Part shown: one piece after another, positions 57,681 to 64,000 of the stretch
How positions within the stretch are numbered: position 1 is the first letter of the stretch
Layout: the number at the start of each line of letters is the position of its first letter
Assembly (NCBI GenBank): GCA_964467655.1
Contig: CAYXSN010000006.1
Span: 9,601 to 73,600, forward strand
Length of the DNA stretch: 64,000 nucleotides
Source: an uncultured Candidatus Saccharimonadales bacterium
GTDB taxonomy: Bacteria; Patescibacteriota; Saccharimonadia; UBA4664
Direction of reading: 5' to 3'
Made by a program: the position numbers and the translations under genes
The notes under the pieces: model-generated
What the model saw: only the letters and a program-made list of their open reading frames with translations
Database searches by the model: none
What the model was told of the DNA's origin: nothing

Positions 57681-59417
57681 CTACTCGCTTGCGAGCCGAC
57701 TCTGCTTCTGCCACAGTTCGTGATACCGTCCTTGCCTTGCCAAGAGTTCGTGGTGTGTCCCTTGCTCGACGATCTTACCCTGGTGCATTACCACGATGCG
57801 GTCGAGGTCCGCCACAGTGCTCAGACGGTGCGCAATCACAATGGCGGTGCGTTTACCAATAATCCCAGGCAACGACGCCTGGATGATCTTTTCACTAACA
57901 CTATCCAACGCGCTCGTAGCCTCGTCAAAAATCATGATCTCAGCATCCTTCAGGATCGACCGTGCCAACACGATCCGCTGCTTTTGGCCCCCACTGAGCT
58001 TAACTCCCCGCTCCCCCACCAAAGTATCGTAGCCGTCAGGCAGACGCTGAATAAACTCTTTGGCATGTGCCGCCGCAGCCGCCCGCTCAATCTCGGCCTG
58101 ACTGGCCTCAGGTTTGAAATACGAAATATTCTCCCGCACCGTCCTGTGGAACAGTAACGGTTCCTGCGGCACATACGCCATCCGCTGCCTCAGCTCCACT
58201 TGGGCTGCCTGCCTGATGTCGACGCCATCCACTTCAATACTGCCGCCATCGATGTCATCAAACCGCATCAGGAGACTGGCAAGTGTGCTCTTACCGGCGC
58301 CACTCAAGCCCACAATCCCCACTTGCTCACCTGCTCCAACATTCAAATCAAGCCCCGTAAACACCGGCACCCGCTTGCCGCCGGGCGTCCGGTAGGCAAA
58401 ATCAACATCCTGAAATGCCACAGTTCCACCCTGCCGCGGCAACTCTTGAGGCTCGGCCACATCACGGACTGTCTCATAATTATCAGTCTGATACTCCAGG
58501 GTTGGATACAGCTTAGATATCAGATCATCGTGTTGCTCCACCACTGCCGGAATACCCTGTACCGCGTTATACACTTGCACCATATACACCACCACCAGTA
58601 CCAACAGCCCTACCGAACCTAAGCTATTTGCTCCCGATTGCACCGCCAGCCACAAGGCAATGCCAGCACCAGCGAAAGTAATGGCGTCACGCGGCGTCTC
58701 CAGCCGGGCCAACAACAGCCGCCGTTTCGAATAGGCATCTTGCTCTTCTTGTGCTAAAGCCGTCATCCGCTGCCTCGACTGGACCGCATTCCCCGAAGCC
58801 TTGAACGCCACAATATTGGTGACGTCATCGGCCACTAACCCCGATACTCGCCGGTAAACCTCGTGAGTGATGTGGCGGTAGCCTTGAGTCAAGCGAGAAG
58901 CCCAGATTACGTAAATCACCTGAATAATCACAACGCCCAAAACAGCTAGTCCAACCGGCCACGACAACACCATGAGGACACTCATTGGCATTATCAAGAG
59001 CACCACAGTCTGTTGAATATCACCCCGGAAGAGCCGCACAAACTGCATAGCCGAATCAAGATGCTGCCGGTAAACGCCAGCCAAGTAGCCGGTCTGATTA
59101 TCGCGGTAGAATGACAAATCCTTGGCTACCAGCCGCTCATAATACGTCACCATCAGTCGGGTATAAACTTTGTTTTCGGCTAGGTTTCCAACCGCATCAC
59201 GAATATAGCGTAAGGCCAAACCGGCCAAACCGGCCACAACGTACCACAGAATTCCCCGCTGGGCCGCTGCCACGTCACCGCGCGCCACTGCAGCCACAAT
59301 GTATGCCTGGATAAGGGCTAAACCAATCCGCCCCATCACCGATTGGGCCAGTGCGGCACCAAACCCCACCCAGTAGCCTGGACTACGACCAAAGGTCGAT
59401 AGCAAATACCGATACAC
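57681..59417 (-). CDS. ABC exporter, fused permease/ATPase
   Basis: GLSGAGKS, LSGGQKQR, DEATSALD. Confidence 0.92.
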   Translation of the reverse strand: MYRYLLSTFGRSPGYWVGFGAALAQSVMGRIGLALIQAYIVAAVARGDVAAAQRGILWYVVAGLAGLALRYIRDAVGNLAENKVYTRLMVTYYERLVAKDLSFYRDNQTGYLAGVYRQHLDSAMQFVRLFRGDIQQTVVLLIMPMSVLMVLSWPVGLAVLGVVIIQVIYVIWASRLTQGYRHITHEVYRRVSGLVADDVTNIVAFKASGNAVQSRQRMTALAQEEQDAYSKRRLLLARLETPRDAITFAGAGIALWLAVQSGANSLGSVGLLVLVVVYMVQVYNAVQGIPAVVEQHDDLISKLYPTLEYQTDNYETVRDVAEPQELPRQGGTVAFQDVDFAYRTPGGKRVPVFTGLDLNVGAGEQVGIVGLSGAGKSTLASLLMRFDDIDGGSIEVDGVDIRQAAQVELRQRMAYVPQEPLLFHRTVRENISYFKPEASQAEIERAAAAAHAKEFIQRLPDGYDTLVGERGVKLSGGQKQRIVLARSILKDAEIMIFDEATSALDSVSEKIIQASLPGIIGKRTAIVIAHRLSTVADLDRIVVMHQGKIVEQGTHHELLARQGRYHELWQKQSRLASE

Positions 59418-59504
59418 TGCCCGGTTAATAACCTGGGACCTCCAACAACAATTGCCTCTTAGTATACGTCGGCATCATGAGTGGCTTCAACAAATGGAAG
59501 CTAC

Positions 59505-60122
59505 TTAGCCTTTGTGGGCAATTACCTGTACCCACGTTGCATGAGATGTCGACTGATCGCCTGCCGCCTTTACACTAGTAAAGCCAACTTCCTGGACAGC
59601 ACGTCGTATGCGGTCTTCTGTCCAGTAGCAAAAATAGCGAGAGACACCAAGCTTGTCCTCCGCAGGCACCGACCACCTTTCTCCCTCACCCTGTTTGACC
59701 GTAAATGCAAAAGTACCATGGCTATTTAGAGCATTCATAACTTTGCGCATAACCCGTTTGGCCTCATCACGAGTGAAATGCAGGAGTACAGCATTAGCGA
59801 ATATGAGATCATACGAGCCTTCAATGTCATCGGTTATGGCGTTTAGTATACGAGCATTAAAGCCCTCCTGATTAAGCAGATCAACAAAAGCTCGGGTTGC
59901 ATCGGTACATTCCACCTTATAGCCCAAACTTTGCAAATATGCTGCATCGCGACCAAAGGCGCTTCCGATCTCAAGGATGCGCGCAGTTTTTGGAAGATCG
60001 CCTACAAATTCATCGATCCAATTTTTGACAGTACCAGCGGTAATGTTTTGTGCTGTGCCATCAACATATTCTTGGACATGAGTTTCGTATGCCTGGATGG
60101 TTTGTTGGTTGGAGTTGCTCAT
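59505..60122 (-). CDS. Class I SAM-dependent methyltransferase
   Basis: ILEIGSAFGRD, ANAVLLH. Confidence 0.88.
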   Translation of the reverse strand: MSNSNQQTIQAYETHVQEYVDGTAQNITAGTVKNWIDEFVGDLPKTARILEIGSAFGRDAAYLQSLGYKVECTDATRAFVDLLNQEGFNARILNAITDDIEGSYDLIFANAVLLHFTRDEAKRVMRKVMNALNSHGTFAFTVKQGEGERWSVPAEDKLGVSRYFCYWTEDRIRRAVQEVGFTSVKAAGDQSTSHATWVQVIAHKG

Positions 60123-60229
60123 GGTATCTAGCATACACCAGGCAAACCAAAAACTAGAGATCGCAATTGCATTCTGGACTTTACAATTAACCAAACACGT
60201 CGAACACCAAACTTGTTCGCTATATCTGA

Positions 60230-62536
60230 CTAGACTTCGTTAATCACCGGCAAGACCATCGGATTGCGCTTGGTCTTTGAGTACAGAATGTCGGCAATCT
60301 CGTCCCGCAGGCGGAGTTTGAACTTGGTCCAGTCCTCACCAGGCACTCGCTTTTCGAAGATCCGCCGCACCTCAGCTCTGGTCCGATTAATCAACTCTTC
60401 ATGTTCTTTCATATAGATGAATCCACGCGAGATGATGTCGGGACTCGTGATAAGCCGACCGGTCTTGCGTGACACCGTGGCTACGATCATAAACATACCA
60501 TCGTTCGACAATGCCAGTCTGTCCCTGAGGACCACACCTTCCACGTCTCCCACTCCGGCACCGTCTACCATGACGACACCAGCCGGAATACGGGCCACTT
60601 TTTGGGCGCTATTGGCCGTCAGCTCCAGACAATCACCGTTGTCCATCACAAAGATGTTTTCCTTAGGGATACCCTCTTCAACCGCCACTTCGGCATTAAA
60701 TACCAGGTGATGGAACTCACCGTGGATCGGCATGTAGTACTTCGGCCGTACCGCCCGAATGAGGTCAGCCTGGTCATCCCTGAATGCGTGTCCACCAACG
60801 TGCACCGGACCGTGTCCTCGCAACGCCTCTGTAGAGCGGGCATACACGTTTGCCCCCTCGCGCATCAAGTTGTCGATGAGCGTAACCACAGACACTTCGT
60901 TACCCGGGATAACACTCGATGACAAAATGATGGTGTCACCGGCCTTAATCTTGATATTCTGATGGTCACCGGTACTCATACGCACGAGAGCTGAGTTTTC
61001 TTCACCCTGTGAACCAGTACACAGCACCACTACCCGCTCATCAGGCAAGCCGGTAATGTCTTGGACCTTAACCACCAAGCCAGCCGGGATCTTGATGTAG
61101 CCCATGCGCACGCACAACTCAATGTTCGAGAGCACCGAGCGACCTACCAAGGCAATCTTGCGGCCAGCCTTGGCCGTAGCATCAATGATGAGCTGCATCC
61201 GGGTAATAGAGCTGGAAAACGCCGAGATAATGATGCGGCCGTTGGCCCGGCCAAACAAGTCGTCAATGGTAGGCACGATCGTGACCTCGCTCCCACCCCG
61301 TCCGGCACGATCGCAGCTCGTCGAGTCACTCATGAGCAGCAACACGCCTTCTTGGCCGAGCTTTTCAAACTTCGGCATGTCGGTAACCTGGCCATTCAAC
61401 GGCGTGGGGTCAAGCCGCCAGTCGCCGGTATTAATGAGCATACCGGCCGGCGTCCGCAAGACCACAGCAGTTGAGTCAGCGATGGTGTGGTTGACCCGCA
61501 CCAGCTCAATGTTAAACGCACTACCAATTTGCACTCGCTCACCCTTGTCCGGGTCAAGCACCACCCAACGCGGTGTCTGGATCTTAAACTCCTCGATCTG
61601 TTTGGCCACCATACCCAGGGATAACCTCGACCCGTATACCGGCACCTGGAATTTCGGGATCATGTAACCCGAGGCGCCAATGTGATCCATATGGCCGTGG
61701 GTAATAATGATAGCTCGCACTTTGTGACGATTTTTCTCGAGGTAGGTGACGTCGGGAATGATGTAATCGACGCCTGGCTGCTTTTCATCGGGGAAGGCAA
61801 AGCCCATATCGATTATCACGATGTCTTGGCCACATTCAATGGCCATCATGTTTTTACCAATTTCACCCAAGCCGCCCAGAGGCATCACCTTGACCACTGG
61901 CACTCTCTCGGTATAGTTAGCGCGTTTTGCGCCACCTTTTTTGGTCTGCTGGTTACCGCCAAAGCCATTAAACTCACTTTTGTTCACCGGCATAGTATCC
62001 AGTGACGGCATGAGGTCTGTGTGAGTGGGCGCCATTTGGCTTAATCGCCGCCGTTCGCGGCTGACAGCATTACTGACGGCTTTAACTGGCTTGTTACCAC
62101 CTCCTGCTGCCGGCTGGGTCATGGGCCTAGCTTGAGGTTGAGGCCGGGCGCCGGCCACTGGTTTGGCACCTTGGCGCATAGCCGCCTGCGGCCGGGCAGG
62201 CTGGACGCCACGGCTGGCTTCAGGCCGGGTTCCGCGAACTACCTTGGGGCTCACCACCATGCCTTGTGGTATACCGCCCACTGCCGCTACAGCTGTTGGC
62301 GCTTTGCTTGAAGTACTTGGTTGGCGAACCGCCGCCCGAGGCTGCGACTGCGTCACAGGCCTAGCCGGTCTCGCCGGCGATTGAGCGACCGGCCGCACCG
62401 GCGCCTGGGCCATTTGCGGTCCACCCGGTTGCACGGGCATAGCCTGAGGCGGCATCTGGATGCGCGGCTCCAGTTTTTGCTCAGGCCGCGATTCGTTTGC
62501 GCCGGTATTTGATTGTTTGTTCGTTTGTGGATCCAT
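60230..62536 (-). CDS. rnj: Ribonuclease J with long disordered N-terminus
   Basis: LGGLGEIGKNM, THGHMDHIG, GSQGE, PIHGE. Confidence 0.95.
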   Translation of the reverse strand: MDPQTNKQSNTGANESRPEQKLEPRIQMPPQAMPVQPGGPQMAQAPVRPVAQSPARPARPVTQSQPRAAVRQPSTSSKAPTAVAAVGGIPQGMVVSPKVVRGTRPEASRGVQPARPQAAMRQGAKPVAGARPQPQARPMTQPAAGGGNKPVKAVSNAVSRERRRLSQMAPTHTDLMPSLDTMPVNKSEFNGFGGNQQTKKGGAKRANYTERVPVVKVMPLGGLGEIGKNMMAIECGQDIVIIDMGFAFPDEKQPGVDYIIPDVTYLEKNRHKVRAIIITHGHMDHIGASGYMIPKFQVPVYGSRLSLGMVAKQIEEFKIQTPRWVVLDPDKGERVQIGSAFNIELVRVNHTIADSTAVVLRTPAGMLINTGDWRLDPTPLNGQVTDMPKFEKLGQEGVLLLMSDSTSCDRAGRGGSEVTIVPTIDDLFGRANGRIIISAFSSSITRMQLIIDATAKAGRKIALVGRSVLSNIELCVRMGYIKIPAGLVVKVQDITGLPDERVVVLCTGSQGEENSALVRMSTGDHQNIKIKAGDTIILSSSVIPGNEVSVVTLIDNLMREGANVYARSTEALRGHGPVHVGGHAFRDDQADLIRAVRPKYYMPIHGEFHHLVFNAEVAVEEGIPKENIFVMDNGDCLELTANSAQKVARIPAGVVMVDGAGVGDVEGVVLRDRLALSNDGMFMIVATVSRKTGRLITSPDIISRGFIYMKEHEELINRTRAEVRRIFEKRVPGEDWTKFKLRLRDEIADILYSKTKRNPMVLPVINEV

Positions 62537-62604
62537 ATGAATCGGATCTCCTTTCTGTATCTATTCGGATAAAAAGTTTTAAATAATTGCAGGGATTAAA
62601 ATTA

Positions 62605-63183
62605 TCAGCTAATTTTCTTCAGAATCGCTGGAATCAAGCTGAAGTCATCCATGAGGGTTTGGCGCATGCCCCCGTTGTATAGTGCCGCAGCCGGATGGAA
62701 CAAGGGCAAGTATACTTGTCCCCCTTTGCGTACCGGCTGGCCATGGGCTTGGCTGATCTTGAGCTCGGGTAAAAACACACTCATGCTATGTCGGCCCAAA
62801 AACACCACCAATTTCGGCCGGATCACAGCGATCTGCTTCAGTAAGTACGGCTTAAACTCCTCGATCTCTTCGGGCGTTGGATCACGGTTATCTGGTGGCC
62901 GATACTTCACGATGTTACTGATATAAATGTCCTGACGGGTCAGGCCGATACTGCCGAGCATCTCATTCAAAAACTTGCCGGCCGCCCCTACAAAGGGCTC
63001 GCCCTGTAAGTCTTCATTTTTACCAGGCGCCTCACCGACAAACATGATGTCGGCATCGGGATTACCCGCTCCAAATACCAGCTGCGTAGCCGTCGCTTGT
63101 AAATGCGGCGTCACGCCGTTGGCCTCAATTTCCTTGGCAATCTCGGCTAAAGCCTTGGCTTTGTCGACCGTTGTGTCTGCCAT
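62605..63183 (-). CDS. Uracil-DNA glycosylase family 4
   Basis: GEAPG, PFVG.AG, RPPDNR, HPAA. Confidence 0.92.
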   Translation of the reverse strand: MADTTVDKAKALAEIAKEIEANGVTPHLQATATQLVFGAGNPDADIMFVGEAPGKNEDLQGEPFVGAAGKFLNEMLGSIGLTRQDIYISNIVKYRPPDNRDPTPEEIEEFKPYLLKQIAVIRPKLVVFLGRHSMSVFLPELKISQAHGQPVRKGGQVYLPLFHPAAALYNGGMRQTLMDDFSLIPAILKKIS

Positions 63184-63306
63184 AGTAGTACCCTCATGGA
63201 AAACGGGATGCGAAAAATAATCTTCTTTTTGCCGCGGCCCTTGGGCGCCTCACCGTTGTTGGGTGAGGCGCTTGAAGCACCGTGGAAAACTAGTTGCCAC
63301 CCATGC

Positions 63307-64000
63307 TTATTGCTCCTCTTTCTTCGTAACATTGGCGGCTTTGATGCTCAGGTTGAGACGTCCTTGCGCATCAATATCTACCAACTTCACGCGCACTTTG
63401 TCACCCAATTTTACCACATCACCGACTTTTTCCACCCGTTTATCGGACAATTGGCTAATGTGCACCAAACCGTCTTTACCGGGGAGGATGTTTACAAAAG
63501 CCCCGAACTCCATCAGTTTAACCACTGAGCCGTTGTAAATGCGGCCGATCTCAGGATCTTCGGTCAGGCCCTTGATGATCTCAATCGCCCGCTTCGATCC
63601 TTCTGGATTCGTTGAAGCAATCATCACCAAGCCCGAATCTTCGATGTCAATTTCGACGCCGGTTTCGGCAATAATCTTATTGATGGTTTCGCCACCCTTA
63701 CCAATCACCAAGGCGATCTTACCAGGATCAATCATGATCTTGTCGATGCGGGGAGCAAACTGCGATAGTTCAGCCCGTGGTGCCGCCAGCTCATTCGTAA
63801 TAGCCGCCATGATATGCGCCCGCCCGGTTTTTGCCTGGGCCAGCGCTGCCTTCATGATGGCAGGCGTAATCCCTTTTACCTTGATATCCATCTGCAAGGC
63901 AGTAATACCATCTGGAGTACCAGCCACTTTGAAGTCCATGTCTCCGGCAAAGTCTTCAGCACCTTGGATATCGCTCAAAATCACATATCCACCGTCTTCC
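63307..64000 (-). CDS. pnp: Polyribonucleotide nucleotidyltransferase, C-terminal part (start outside window)
   Basis: [11 protein letters not shown] (IGKGG) and S1 domains. Confidence 0.96.
   Translation of the reverse strand, partial: EDGGYVILSDIQGAEDFAGDMDFKVAGTPDGITALQMDIKVKGITPAIMKAALAQAKTGRAHIMAAITNELAAPRAELSQFAPRIDKIMIDPGKIALVIGKGGETINKIIAETGVEIDIEDSGLVMIASTNPEGSKRAIEIIKGLTEDPEIGRIYNGSVVKLMEFGAFVNILPGKDGLVHISQLSDKRVEKVGDVVKLGDKVRVKLVDIDAQGRLNLSIKAANVTKKEEQ

Noticed and set aside
60190-60220. GTTTGG/GTTC cluster resembling the SOS operator
   Set aside because: Half-site spacing does not fit the N7 register of the three good sites

Overview
This looks like a Patescibacteria (CPR), probably Saccharibacteria-like, chromosome segment read in genetic code 11; the taxonomy is inferred from gene content. 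It carries housekeeping genes (murT/gatD, miaA, thrS with a T-box, nadD, cmk, rplY, ndk, ychF, efp, rpsF-ssb-rpsR, recA-recX, ftsK, rnj, pnp) and six tRNAs. There is also a large type IV pilus locus, next to two duplicated TPR + secreted-protein modules. The main accessory feature is a ~2.4 kb island at the 3' end of tRNA-Asp (20648-23056), with a truncated large serine recombinase and two near-identical 32-bp att-like repeats. Between the repeats lies a 1069-bp cassette holding one strongly GC-rich orphan gene. On its coding strand the cassette has its own sigma70 promoter, a boxB/boxA-like leader, a 14-nt leader-trailer complementarity, a long 3' hairpin and a textbook type III hammerhead ribozyme predicted to cut at the hairpin base. 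A second signal is a shared GTTYGG-N5-GTNCGG operator in the promoters of recA, a DinB operon and a four-helix-bundle gene (putative SOS regulon). All calls come from reading the sequence; no searches were run.
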